Source: Stylophora pistillata (Eukaryota). Taken from it: DNA of 64,000 nt. The DNA lies in the NCBI RefSeq assembly GCF_002571385.2, contig NW_019218284.1, positions 110,839 through 174,838 on the forward strand. Direction: 5' to 3'. The notes beneath the pieces are model-generated. The model had not been told where the DNA came from. It saw nothing but the letters and a program-made list of their open reading frames with translations, and made no database searches. The translations under genes were made by a program, and so were the position numbers. Shown here in pieces: positions 1 to 13,790 of the stretch (position 1 is its first letter; each line of letters starts with the position of its first letter).

Positions 1-29
1 CAGACGAAGAAATCGCTACAACCATTTCG

Positions 30-432
30 CTTTTAAACACAGGGCCGCCTTGGTATGGAATATTCTTCCCCATCATGTCAAGGAATGTGCTAACTTAAGA
101 TTGTTTAAGACTAAGCTTAAGGCTAACAAGCATCTTCTCAACAGCATAAATTTTGCCAAAGGTTCCTGCTGTGTTTCAATGAAACACGATGACTTCCTGT
201 ATTTTTAATTGTAAATTTAATATTGATTTGTATTTAACTTATCTAATTAGAATTGTATTGAAGAAGTAATTTCACTCTGTTTTTCCAATTTTTATTGTAT
301 ATATTATTGTGATTGTATTTAATTTGTAGTTAGGCAGGTCCACATCAGGACTTCGGTCTTGCCAATCCTTCTAGCCTGCATTGTAAAATAAAGATATATG
401 TATGTATGTATGTATGTATGTATATATGTATG
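30..432 (+). mobile_element. 3' end of an L2/CR1-type LINE with (TATG)n tail
   Basis: Translates as ..HRAALVWNILPHHVKECANLRLFKTKLK.., a typical LINE ORF2 C-terminus, followed by an AT-rich UTR, AATAAA (~388) and a TATG microsatellite at ~396-432. Confidence 0.6.
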
Positions 433-2139
433 TAACAAGACTCCCTGAAAACAACCTGGATGCATCCCAGATCACACCACTGGCATTTACTAGATTATGC
501 TATCGAAAGGCAAAGGGACTTGCCGGACACACATGTCACGCGGTCAGTGCGATCATCTACCGCATGGTCCGATCATCGCCTTGTAAGAGTTAAATCCTCT
601 CTCCGCCTCCCGGCAAAGATTCATCATAAATCAAGATCGAAGTCACCTTGACATCTCGCTGTTGTGCATTGCTGGAAAAATCTTAGCATGTAAAATGGTG
701 AGACGGGCAACTGCTTTGGCGGAGGAGGTGAACCTTGAAAGCCAATGCGGATATAGGGAGAACCGCAGTACAGTGGACATGCATTTTGCCGCGCGCCAAG
801 TGCAGGAAAAATGCAGAGAACAGCAGCACGACCACTATATAGTCTTTGTGGATCTAACAAAAGCTTTTGACTCGGTGTCTCGTACGGGACTTTGGATGCT
901 CCTCCACAGAGTTGGTTTCCCAGAAAAGGTGATAAACATCATTCGATCTTTCCAAGATGGCATGCAAGCACGTGTTGTGGAAGGAGAGTGGGCTGGAATC
1001 TGCTCCCTTTGACGTAGATAATGGTGTCAAGCAAGGTTGTGTTTTTGCACCACTGCTGTTCAGCATTGTTATGGACGCTGTGATCTATGATGCCTTTCAA
1101 AATTGTGAGAAAGGCATAAATTTCAATGTGCGGCACGATGGAGGAATATTCAACCTTCGCCGAATTAAGGGAAAGACCAAAGTCCACCACATACTGGTCA
1201 GAGAGCTACTCTACGCTGACGACTGCGCTCTTATTGCTAACACTGAAGAAGATGTCCAAGTTCTTATTGACTGCCTTAGTGACGCCACAAAGAGATATGG
1301 CCTTTCATCTCCATAAAGAAAACTACAACCTAAGCCTGGTTGCTGCTACAAAGAGCCTGCAGTCACGTTCGGGTGTGACAATTTGCGGGCAGTCATTAAG
1401 CTCTGTTTCCTGGGAGGTGTTCTATCTAACGATTGCTCCATTGACCTTGAAATCGCAGCACGATTAGCGAAGGCAAGTTCAACATTTGGGCGCCTTGCTT
1501 CGAGGTTATGGGACACACATGACATCTCTCTAGTGACAAAGGTGTCTATCTATCAAGCAGCTGTTCTAAGTGTTTTACTCTAAGGTGCAGAAACCTGGAC
1601 ATTATATCGCCGACATATTAGACAGCTAGATGCCTTTTATATGCGCTGACTACGGAGAATTGAGTGCAATCTCCTGGCAAGACCGTATACCCAACACTGA
1701 AGTGCTATCTCACTGCCATATGCGCGGGATTGAGGCCTACATAATGGAAGCCCATCTTCGATGGACAGGGCATGTTGTTCATATGAGCGCAGAGAGACTA
1801 CCACGAGCCCTTTTATACAGCGAGTTGTCTGATGGTGCTCGTAAAGTTGGTGCGCCTAAGAAGCGTTTTAAAGATCAATTGAAGATCACGCTTAACAAAT
1901 GCGACATAACTGACTTCGAAGCTCTTGTAAGCGATAGAGCCCAGTGGAAGACAGCTGTTAAGTGCAGGGTTGCGAAGTTTGAGGATGCTCGAATCGAAGA
2001 TGTGAGGGAACGTCGTCACTGCCGCAAAGAGCGTATACTAGCACATGGTTGCTATCCATGCCGCAAGTGTCCAAAAGTTTGCCACTCTTATATTGGACTA
2101 GTGAGTCATCTCAGAGCTCACGACCGCAAGGGAGAATAA
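433..2139 (+). mobile_element. Degenerate RTE-clade non-LTR retrotransposon (endonuclease remnant, RT, C-terminal C2H2-like finger)
   Basis: ORF fragments: MHPRSHHWHLLDY..SDHRL (APE C-terminus), FVDLTKAFDSV, GVKQGCVFAPLLF, LLYADD, LRWTGHV, and terminal CRKC..HLRAH. Several frameshifts and stops, with an internal deletion between the APE and RT parts. Confidence 0.92.
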
Positions 2140-2923
2140 GCAACCTTGTTGTATGCTTCAAACCCTGGATCTGTCGGTCGCGACAGCCAAACCGAACCAA
2201 AGGTGAACTCGCCTGACAAATGTCAATACGAAGACACGGGGATTGAACTAATTTAATATTTAACCGATGTGGAAGTGCATATCAGGGGATATTAACCCAC
2301 GCTCATGTGACCAACTGTTAAACAAATTACTTTGAATTCCAGACCCTTATATAGAACACTGAAATAAATTTAACTTGCATGGGCTGGTTGGAACTTACGA
2401 GGCTTTGGTAACATTGTCCAATAATCTCAATTGGTGCTCCAATATTGTTTTGTGATAACTGCATGCTTTTAAGTCCTTTTCGCTTCTAGTAGGGGTTTAA
2501 ATCCAGCAATCATATGACTGTGGGTCATCTGCGACCAGCTAACGCTTTTGCAAGTGGTTAGCACATTACCCAGTGGCCTCAACTTAGCCAGTAGATGTAT
2601 AGTGGGACAGACTATAACTCCAGGAAACATACGCTCCCCAGTATTCTTTTTCAAGATCTCCCTGGAAACCACTTCTGAGAGCGGAGCCTCCTGGGCAAAT
2701 ATTGTTATTATCATTATTATTATTATTATTATTATAAAAATTATTATTATTGTTATTATGAATCATTATTGTTTTAACGTTTGTGAATAAATGAAATCAT
2801 ATATTTGAACTGCGGTTAAAGAAATTAGTATGAGAGCGATCATCGCAGTAATGATCCCTATTAAACGTTACGTTGACTCATCACTTCACGGGTTTACATA
2901 GATGTCGTGTGAGTTTTGTCGAT

Positions 2924-3345
2924 TCAGACGAAGAAATCGCGACAACCATTTCGAAAAGATTGAAGTGATTTTGCTTGCCGCAATTGAGGGTACAAGCTGT
3001 TCCAGATAACTGCACCGTTATAGCTAAAGCTATTTTTCAGGAAGTTGGTGCGGGGCAATGGAACAACTAGTATGTTTTCAGAGTTCCTTAGATTATAAGG
3101 AGGATCATATTTAGTGAAAAGAGAACCAAGATAGTCGGGCGCAAGACCATCTATGGATTTATAGATCATGGTGGCCACTTTTATTTGTCGCTGAGTATCT
3201 AACAGTCTCCAGTTAAGTTGCTCAAAAAGAGGATCAGCGCTTGTGTCATAACTGGAGAAGGTCAGAATACGGGGAGCCCGGTTTTGCAACTTTTGGAGCT
3301 ATTCGAAAGACCTTTGTTACAATACCCCCAGACCTCGCTGCAGTA
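2924..3345 (-). mobile_element. 3' fragment of an L2/CR1-group LINE ORF2
   Basis: ORF 2924..3289: LQNRAPRILT..LNW..YNLRNSE..PRTNFLKNSFSYNGAVIWNSL, a characteristic LINE C-terminal motif set. Confidence 0.85.
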
Positions 3346-3546
3346 ATTAAAGGCTGATAGTTTCGAAAGAAACTGTTTGGGGCTGCGTCGATGGGAGTAA
3401 CGAAATAATTTGGATATATCAACAAAGTTGAAATGGTAAATTGGCCACCGTAATGANNNNNNNNNNNNNNNNNNNNNNNNNNNNNNNNNNNNNNNNNNNN
3501 NNNNNNNNNNNNNNNNNNNNNNNNNNNNNNNNNNNNNNNNNNNNNN

Positions 3547-4830
3547 AGGGCAAATGTTAATCCTCTCCCCAAAGTGAACATGCCTATAGAGGACTCAGAC
3601 TACCGTGGTATTAATGTTACTCCCGTTATTGCCCGGTTGTTCGAGAAGGTCGTGTATCGTACACAAGCACAGTCAGTCATTGAGAACAACCTGAGCCACA
3701 CCCAATTTGCATATAGACAGGCGGGTAGTTGCACAAATGCCTTGCTCGCTATCCAGCACCAGACATACAAGTATTTAGATAGTAGTGACTGTAGCGCAGT
3801 GCGAATTTTTACCATGGACTTCAGTAAGGCTTTCGATTTTGTGAACCATGCTATTTTGTCTGCCAAACTGAAACAGCTACCTCTAAATCCGTACATTATC
3901 AATTGGTATCATAGTTTCCTCTATGCAAGACAACAACGTGTTGTTAGTTATAATTTTTTAGGACAGTGGAAATCTGTCAATAGAGGAACCACACAAGGTA
4001 GTGTAAGCGGACCGTATCTTTTTAATATATTTTTGAACGATTTGGAGATTTTTTTTAATGGTTGCCCTGTGCTTTTTAAATATGCCGATGATTCCACTAT
4101 TCTTTCGCCTATCACTAGGAATAGTGACCCGTCTGCCGACTTAGTAGGACAGTTCTTAACATGGTGTAAAGACAATAGAATGGTCTGCAACCCTTGCAAA
4201 TGTAAAGAGCTGGTTGTTAGAAAGAAAAATCATAATGTACTCTACTCTCCAATTAATAATATTCCCCAATGTAATAGCTTCGTTTTACTAGGAGTAACTT
4301 TACAGAGTGACGGAAAATTTGATGAGCATGTAAGAACTAAGCTTGTCAAAGCAAACAAGTGTTTACACGTCCTACGAACATTGAGAAAGGAACATTACTC
4401 TCAGGCAGAGATTGATCATCTTTTTATATCCATTGTTTTGGCTAATTTTAGCTATGCACTTTCAGTCCATGGGGCATCTGAGTCCGATCGTACGGTTGTA
4501 CAAATTTTTTTAGACCGATGTCATAAACGCGGTTTTATCTCATTTCCAGTTTTTTATCAAGAACCTTTTAAACAAACAAGACCGAAACATTTTGAAGAAA
4601 GACATATGTTCACAATCTTAGGAAAAAAGGCTGCACACGCCCGAAAATTAATACACAGCGCTTTATGAACACCGTCGTAAATAGGTTGATATTTAAGCTC
4701 CATTAATTGTAATGACATACTAAATAATTCATAATATGTATGTAGATTTCTGTTGTAGTTTTTCCAAATTCATTGTAGCATAAGATATGTAGTTTTATCT
4801 TATGATGTAATAAAGACTTTTATATATTAT
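3547..4830 (+). mobile_element. L2/CR1-group LINE reverse transcriptase, 5' end lost in gap
   Basis: 364-aa ORF 3574..4668 with [36 protein letters not shown]; AT-rich 3' UTR with AATAAA at ~4809. Confidence 0.92.
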
Positions 4831-6876
4831 ATAGTTTAAGCGGCTTCAATTTTTAGTGCAAGTAATTTTTAGCAAGTCAAGTATGTTCTGAATAGACGAT
4901 TTTACAAAAATGTTGTTTCAACAAAATAATTATTGAAAGATTATTTCAAGCTCCATACCCTTTTGCTCAATGAGAAAAAAAGAAAGAAAAGTAAGAAAGG
5001 ATACGGACAAAGGAATAACATTTAGAAGAAGTTTCGTGGCTTTTTTGATACCACAAATGTCGCAAGTAAAGAGATTTAGACCCTAATGCAGTGTTAGCCT
5101 AAACTGTTGATATCAATTATTCGTGAAGATGAAGAAGACGCCGACCACCAGAACTTGTTATTATAATCAGACGTAATGAAAATACGCTTAAGAGACCCCG
5201 CTTCATCAAAATTGGCCTCAAATTGACAGGTTAAATTGTAATGTAGCGAAGCGTGGAAATTAACGCCAAAAAAAGGACCGCGACCTAGCCGTTTCGCTCG
5301 ACAAGTTTTAGGTAATTGCAGAACTAGAGATAATATTGCATTAAGCTAACAGTTGAGGAATTTAAGATTAGAAGGAGTTTCATTGGCACCACTGATACCA
5401 CAAATGTTGCAAGTAAAGATATTTAACCCTGATGTAGTGTTAGCCTGAATTGTTGCTACCCTGAATATATTCGTAAACATGAAAGAGAAGCCAACCACCA
5501 GACTATAAAGAACTTGTTCTCATAATCAGACATAACAAGAACGATAACTAGCGTGCGATTATTCACGCTCTAGGATGTCAGAGGCAATTAATGATCCAAG
5601 CTAATTAGAACTGTGGAAAGGGCGCGCGTTTCAGTTGAATCAATTTCTCAAGTATTTTACATATATCACATTCCACATAATAATGCCACTCCGGCCGCAA
5701 GTCAAGCCAAATCCCATTTCACAAACTCATTTCGTCTCTTATCCTCACCAGTTGTAGTGGTACTTTTATTCAATTTTTATTCCTTGGCAAAATTTGCGAG
5801 CCCTTGGCATGCTAAACCATGAATAAAATTTAGTGTGGCAAATTAAAATGCAAATCAACGGAAGAAAAGGGACGGCGTCCAAGCCGTTTCGCTCGACCGA
5901 ATAAAAATCGTGGCGTCCTACTTATAAGATATTCTACGGCAATGTTTTTGTTTTAGTTGATCTTACGACTTCAGCTTCGAAGGACAGCTCTAGGACAAAG
6001 AGTCAGCAACGCTAACCGGCGAGTTTTGCTGCATGTTTTGGATGCAAAACAGAAATTTATAAGGCTAACGATCCAGGTATGTAATCGGCGCTGTGCTGCG
6101 GTGCGACAATACAGTTATGGCTTAGTTTGAAACTCAAAGCTGAATTCGGAAGTCGTACATGTGCCAGATAAAAGACAGACCTCATATAATAGAGGAAGTC
6201 GCCTCCCTAGAGCTTGTGCAACAGTCTAATGCGAAGTTACAGTACATGTAGCTTACGTTTACGTGTCTTTTTTTGTTTGTGATGTTTTCGGGAGAGAAAA
6301 AATACACTCACTTGGAAGTTAACATTGCTTTCAGAAATTAAAAAAACAAGCCCTAAAGCTTTCAAATTGATTAAACAGAGCCATATATATATAATCGTTT
6401 TTATTAACGATTTTACCCTCCCAAACAAACTACTCTCCCTCGCTCCAGAGTAAAACTGCTCGGGAAACTTCTGTTGGTAAGTGTGCAGTTTAAGTTTGAT
6501 AGTACAGTTTAATACAGTTTAAGTGGCATACGTTGATTCTTTTCGTAAAAGCTGTTGGCCACGGCTAAGCATCTTTTTTTGTTGAGTTCTCACTTTTTAA
6601 AGTGTCACATTCGTCTGAGCACAATCATAAGCTGTCTCGCTCTGCTGGTCAAGTATTATAGACGCCAAGCCACCGAGCGTAAATGTGTCAGTTTATTTCG
6701 CAAAAGCTTCTGGTTTCGCATATTTTCTATTTTCAGTTCTAACTCTAAAAATGGATATTTCCTATTTTAACCAAAACTTAACTAGTAGGTTTTGGGCTTT
6801 CCCTTCTTTCAGTTTTTTTTTTAAAGACGTTAAAAACAACCCTTATTGTTTTTATTCTTTAGAAACGAGTTCAACT

Positions 6877-8955
6877 ATGTTTTCAAAGATCATCACCGTT
6901 TTGTTTGCTGTTAACGTTATCTCTGCTGCGAACGGATTCATTAATTCCAAGTTACGGGTGCTTGAACCAATTTTAAAGTGTTATGAGGGAACCGCCCCTG
7001 AATTTGCCGGCGAGAAGGCAATGGCAGCACGCCTCAATCTGGATTCAGACGCCAACGACCTTAAATTGTCGTGCCTAGCAATTGGGGTAAGTTCACAAAG
7101 GAAATTGATGCTAGGCAAACTAAACCAAGATATAATTAAACGACATTAAACTTAACTCATTCATCCATCCCTCCATCCATCAATATGAAATACGAAAAAC
7201 CCATGGGAGCTTTTAAACACAAATTAGAGTCTAAATCTCTCTATCATAACACTAACTGCAGTGGCGGATCCAGGGGGAGGGTCCGGGGGGTCCGAGCCCC
7301 CCCCCCTCCCATGCAACCCGACGCTTACAACTTTGAGACAGGATCGTATATCACTTTTAACTGGCTGATTTTTTTAATGAATCCAAATAAACGGTAAGCG
7401 GCCAAGGNNNNNNNNNNNNNNNNNNNNNNAAGATAATATTACTCCTACAGAATTCTTGACTAAAAATGATTCTAGCTTTAATTTGAAAAAAAGTGGAAGC
7501 CTCCAGTGCTAGTGTGCTAAAATTATTGAATGGGGTAAAAATTAACAAGGAAACTGGTATCGATAAAATATCAAATAGAACTTTGAAAATAGCTGCTCCT
7601 GTTATCTATAAAAGCTTAACAGACTTATTTAATAAATCTATCACCACTGGTGTATTTCCATCTCATTGGAAAATAGCAAAGGTCTCTTCATTCTTTACAT
7701 CGGGCGATTCTGTTTTTCCAACAATTGCACGAGTATTTGAAAGACTTATATTTGATCAGTTATATACGTATGTTAATGAGAATAACTTTCTCTCTTAGTT
7801 CCTTCTCTTTGCTTCATTTATCAGGAATATGATACTTGCTTGGCAGACGTTCTCGAGAAAACTCCATCTCCAGTCCCAAACGTTTTTCTGTTCTATGGTG
7901 CTGAGGCTTATCAAACCTCTTATCTTCTCAAGAAAGCAAACCTTTGTCCAGGGATAAAGTACGATGACCTTGAGAGAATTGTGTTGAACTCAGGTAAGCA
8001 TGTTTTTTTTTTTAAGTACAAAAATAGGATGAACAACAACAACAACAACAACATTGACTTTATTTTTTTAAAATGAAAGAAATAAAGGCTTTTGTAGCCC
8101 GCAGTTAGCAAAGCTATTCTAGGCTGATGAAAGAATTTCTCAGTAGATTTCATTTGAAAGGTTGCGTTCGAAGAGTCCATCGACAGACTAAAACCACTAA
8201 TATCACCTTGCACTGCTTAATAAACACAACGCAGGAAAATACTGCTCAGTAGCTTTCATTTGAATGGTCACAATTAAAGATTTCTTTTAAAGATTCAAAA
8301 GTTAACTCTCGGACGTACAAGCCAACTCAAAGCACCACCGCGGTTGTTCAGGCAGAGCGAAATAAATTTACATTGATTAGATACCCCTGAGCTTGCTCCA
8401 CAAGATGACATAATTTTTCTTGGCAATGACATCATTTGACCCGTCATCTTGGATCCGCCATCTTGGACTTCACTACTTCTTACAAAAAGTTAACATTTGG
8501 AAAATTAACACAAAATCAAGCTAGAATGATTGTGAAAAGTACAAATACATGAATTTCTGTTATTTGATGAAGAAACCTGGAAAAAACTGAGGGATTCTCT
8601 TAAAAAAGATGACTTTTGGTCAGACCTGCGTAGAATTTGATGATTGCCATGGCAACGTCAAAATGATGGACACACAATTGACGTATCAAAATTTCTGCTT
8701 AGAATGAAGGAAGAGCTACTGAAAGTTTCAGCTCCTTAGAGTAAACCATCTTTTCAAAACTTTGAAGATTTCATGTAGTTGGACATGACGTTTGTAGTCT
8801 TTTTGTAACTGGATGTTACCACATGATTTTTGGAAAAAATGTAACTAGGTTAAGAATTGTTGGTGGACAAACCTTGGACATTAAATAGATACCAGAGTGT
8901 TTCCCGGAGTAAGCAAATTGGATTTGGGAGCCGGGGGAACAAGCATAATAATAAT

Positions 8956-8988
<33 letters not shown>

Positions 8989-9171
8989 TAACAATTATTC
9001 CACGAGCACCTCGTTGGCTATAATCATCTCATATCCAACAAGCGTGAGTGGAATAATTGTTTTATTAAAAACTCCCCCAAGAAATTATTATTTTGTAAGA
9101 AAAAACAGGATTTTTAGCTCCCTTTTGATTTTAAGCTGCCGCGTACGCTTGCCATATTTGTAGATTATGGA

Positions 9172-9249
<78 letters not shown>

Positions 9250-9485
9250 TAATATAATTAACAATTATTCCACGAGCGCGCGTTGGATATGAGGTGATAG
9301 ATAGCCAACGAGGCGCGTAGCGCCAAGTTGGCTATAATCATCTCATATCCAACAAGCGTGAGTGGAATAATTGTTTTATTAAAAACTCCCCCAAGAAATT
9401 ATTATTTTGTAAGAAAAAACAGGAGTTTTAGCTCCCTTTTGATTTTAAGCTGCCGCGTACGCTTGCCATATTTGTAGATTATGGA

Positions 9486-9563
<78 letters not shown>

Positions 9564-12500
9564 TACATGATATATACCACACAAGTGAATTGTGTTTTTC
9601 GTGCATTCTGATTGGCTAGCTCGGAGGTTTAAGGCTTAAGTTGTTTCATCTTTCCAAACTCTAATTTTAGAGCATAAAAAAGGTACTATAACTTGTTTAC
9701 GTGAACTGTCGAGCACTATATTAATATAAAAAATGAAACATTTATTGTTGTGAAGCATGGTTTCATCAGCAAGACGAATTTAAAACACCTATTGAAGAAA
9801 TGTCACTCGGACAATTGACCATTTCCTCCCTAAAAGTTACTTATAGCTTTTACTCAGTCTAACGCTAGACGATTTTACTTGTCAGAGCGAGGCTCCTAAA
9901 GGCTTAAATAAGTGCCTTCGGAAGTTTTATTTATCCGTAAGAAAGCAAGAAGGAAACTTTTACAACAAGAAATCGCTTACGGCGAAGGAGCATCGCGCAC
10001 TGCGATTTTACTGATTTTCTAATGTGCATTTGTTGCTCTTTTTGGAAAAAAAGGAAATTTTCAATCGGCTGATTATTCAACTTATGTGGCATATACTACA
10101 ACAATTATTCACCTGGGTGTCGGTAAAAATGGTAGATATTTACTTAGTTGCTTCACGACTAGGTAAATATCCACCACTAATCACCCACACTGAGGTGAAT
10201 AGTTGTTAAATGAAACTAGGTTATTATCAGTTGTTTCTGTTCGATATACTACTGTTTCCATCCTTTTCCAACGAAATTGGATTTACGTTTACTTCATTTC
10301 GTAGGTATAATGGAGAAAGAAGGGCTCTCAAACATTGGTGAGTAATATTGTAAATTTCTCCTTAAAAATATGATTATCTGGACAAAAATGCAAATTTTGA
10401 GAATAAAGGAAGTGATTGAAAAATATCGCGAAATAACTGAGAACAGTTAGATTTTGTCCAACTTCTAATGAAAAAGTGACGCGATCTTATTCAAACGCCA
10501 CTTTTCAAGCATCAAGATGAGTGTGTCAAACAAGGTACTAAATAAGGAGGTTCGGAACGGTCTTTTTGGCCATGATTGGGGGGTACCTTTTGAAATCGAA
10601 CGCTCCAATAGAAGACACGCCTGGATTTCCATGAAAAAATACTGTAAATCCTCTGATTTTCCTCTCAGGACTTAATTATTTTAACCACGCTTAAGGAAGG
10701 ACTTGATAGAGAGAGGGGGTGGCTTATTTGAAAGGGGGCCTTATTTAATTTAGCAAAAAAAGGAGGAAGAAACAGACTTGAGTTACGTTTCCCTACTTCC
10801 TGTTGTGGACCAGAACAATGACTGTCTAATAAGAGAATTGAGTGATATTATACGTGTTGAAGTACAAGTTATTTTCAACAAAATCTGTGAATAAACCGTA
10901 CCCGAATCAGTCCACATGAAGTGTCATAGTCATGATCAATCACTGATACAGTCTANNNNNNNNNNNGGGAGATTAAGGAATATGCCTCCTATTGTTAGTG
11001 CATGCACCACGCAACCATCATGCCTTGCGTGCTTACTGGCTCGATTTCCTCAGAAGATATTGATTATTTTGATGGTTAGCCGAGCTACCGTATTTTTTGT
11101 AAGCTCATGCGCTTTACAAGATTGACAACACAGGTTGTCTACACCGAAAAACCGTCAACGAAAGCGTTCTTGTGGTGTGTTAATGAAATCATGCTGAACC
11201 AACTGAGGAAAAGCAAGTGAAGTGAGGTGGCAAATGATATAGGCTTCAAATTCAAACGAATCGCTTAAAACAAGTTATGTTTTGCACATAACGGTTTAAT
11301 ACACAAGAATCCGTTTCGGTTTTATTCTTTTATTTTATTGCTGTTAACAATGTTAACAGGAAATATGTTTTCATCGAACGTAAGATAACTTACATATACA
11401 TAACACGACGTCCCACCTTCGTAACTGATGAAAAGCTTAAACTTAGACAGACTGCGAAAATCAGAAGCAAAGAATCATGTCGACTGGCTCTCAAACTGCG
11501 TATATTTTAAGCTTTTCAAAACTCCCACCAGACAGATAATACAGTAACAAGAAACAACTGCGCAAGTAATTGATCAAACTACGAAAGATGATCTTACCGT
11601 GTTTGTCAGAGAAAAGTGCAAATTATGCTGGAATAAAATTTGAGGTTTTGATGCACATCTCAAAACGTCTTCGAAATTCTTTTGAGCATTCAAGGCCATC
11701 TTTATTGAAAAAAAAGTGTCCCCTAATTTCCGAGAAGTCAAGAAAACTTGCTCCAGTTTGTGCCGCCTTACCGGATACCCAAGCATACCTAAAGAAAAGA
11801 TGCAGATATTTAACTTACTAGGGAGGGGGTAGTGCAAAAATTTTCTCGAGCACCCAAAAACCGTGCCTTAAAAGTAGAAAATAACCAATATAGCTTTAAA
11901 AGTCGCCCGGTTACCCCACGTTTTACTTCACAAAACGAAAGTGGTAAGCTTACTCAACATATGGTGATTTTTTCATACTTCGAAATATATATTTAGCCTG
12001 TTTTTTTCTTACCAAGAAGAGAACAGTCAGGGTCAAAAATGGCTTTAATTGATTCAGTGGTAAATACCACATAAAAAGGAGTTTTAAATCACCAATTGTT
12101 AGTATTTCAAAGCTCGTGGTTTGTTGTTGCCTTAGTGTATGTCAAAGGAAATTCTAAGGAAATGCTCAAAGAAATATTTCTCCTTTTCTTTTTTTTTCGA
12201 AAAACGTCTATTTTTCCCGGCTTTCGACTTAACTAAAAATACGTGGACCCCAATTTTCTTTTCAGTTTTCAATAGCCCTTACCAAGACCTACCTTTTTAC
12301 ATATCCTCGTATTAGGAGGCACCGTGCTTAAGAGGGGACTTAAGGTAACAACTTTTTTGACGTATGACCAAAGTTTAGTTTTTATTGGTTTCCAAGGAGC
12401 AGCTTTTACCATAGTGAAGTTGTCGCATTAAAACAAGTCCATTGTCTTTAAATCCAGTCTAAAGATAGGGATGGTATTGTTGTAGCAGGATCTGAGAGCA

Positions 12501-12820
12501 CGCCGGAGAATCCGCCATGACGAATCTTGAAAATAAGAAGTAGTAACATATTTATTCACTTTTCAGAGAATGATCGCTATCACAAATGCGCTGGAGATGC
12601 CATGAAGAAGTGCTTGGTTGAAAGCATGCAAGTGTCTGAGCATGAGCAGGGAGACCCTGACGCAGGGGATGATGCAGATGATGAGTATATTCGTTGCATA
12701 GAAGAACAGTCAAAGACCTGCAATCACCCCATTATGCGCCACTTATTTGAAGAGATAAAAGCGTACAAGAAAAATGTCAAGCAGTTGGAAATGCTTGAAT
12801 CAGAAGAGCAACAGGGATAG
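6877..12820 (+). CDS. Uncharacterised secreted Cys-containing protein, 4 coding exons, ~221 aa
   Basis: Exons 6877-7086, 7825-7993, 10305-10337, 12567-12820, all GT/AG with compatible phases (0,1,1), summing to 666 nt. Signal-peptide-like N-terminus MFSKIITVLFAVNVISAANG, 8 Cys, acidic DPDAGDDADDE stretch. An AG acceptor at 6861-6862 and a donor at ~6078 suggest a non-coding first exon. Confidence 0.82.
7490..7797 (+). mobile_element. LINE (L2/CR1-group) RT fragment in intron 1 of the secreted-protein gene
   Basis: KETGIDKISNRTLKIAAPVIYKSLTDLFNKSITTGVFPSHWKIAKV, a typical pre-RT LINE segment. Confidence 0.8.
8986..9564. repeat. Tandem direct duplication (~270-310 bp, 2 copies) next to an (AAT)n microsatellite
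   Basis: aattaacaattattccacgagc...ccaatgatccagtttttaataata occurs at ~8986-9250 and ~9256-9564, near identical apart from an internal indel. Confidence 0.85.
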
Positions 12821-13229
12821 AAATTTCGAGCCTTTGAATTTCCACTTTCGTGACCATGTTACTGCAATCATCGTAGAAGAAAATAGAGCAAGTTTACATC
12901 ACGTTCAATTTTTGTCGCATTGATAATTAAAAAGACTTAGAAATAACTGAATTTATGCACTCTTAAGACGAAACCTCAACATCCTTGCGCTAACAACGCC
13001 CAGGGAATCAGTCTTTTGAAGACGGCGGGCTCGAACTCCTCCTCCGGGGATCGGGTGGGGGCAAAATATTTACTAAATACCCCACCGTAAAGTCTCCTGA
13101 TGCAAACGTTTAGCTTCATACTGTAGCCATTCGTGCTTTTCGGTGAGCGATGCCAGTTAGTTATACCTTTAAAACTATTCAAATTTATCATTCAACACAT
13201 TGTGACAATACAATGTCAAAATATGGTCG

Positions 13230-13790
13230 TGGCTCTCTCAATATTCTTCGTGCGTACCCAACGGATATCCCGCGATATACGCCATTTCGTGTGTCGTGGA
13301 GAAAAATGGCGGATTTTTAAGCTTTTCTGCAAATTGACAAACTGAATAAATTGTACTTTGCGATCAATGCGTTGGGTAATGAAACAGTTATCCTGCTCAA
13401 TCCTGCGGATACCTTCTGAAGTACGTCTGTCGACTTTAGTCAGTCTTATTGAGGCTCTTGGCAGTCTCCCCGATGAAAGAGTTGTGGCGGTCGGAGCACT
13501 CGATCTTGTTGTTCGGTTTGTCCCTGTTGATCGAAAACTGGCGTAGCGGAGCGATCGATATATTTGAAAAACATATTGACCAACCTGAACAACCTAACAA
13601 TACCAACTGAAAAAAAAAAAAAAAAACCAATCACTACCAACTCATGCCACTTGAATCCTACAGCAAAACTGACCAATCACCTCACGACAACCGTACTTTC
13701 TGCACTTGACTGACAACACCTTTTCACTTGACTCATATGATGACTTCCGCTAAGATTGTAGAAAGGTCAGTTACTTATACCGGCAACGTC
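13230..13790 (-). mobile_element. Penelope-like element remnant (GIY-YIG endonuclease region)
   Basis: Minus-strand KIECSDRHNSFIGETAKSL resembles the PLE GIY-YIG 'C..C...YIGET.R.L' motif; a degenerate PLE terminal motif lies at ~13725-13775. Confidence 0.6.
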
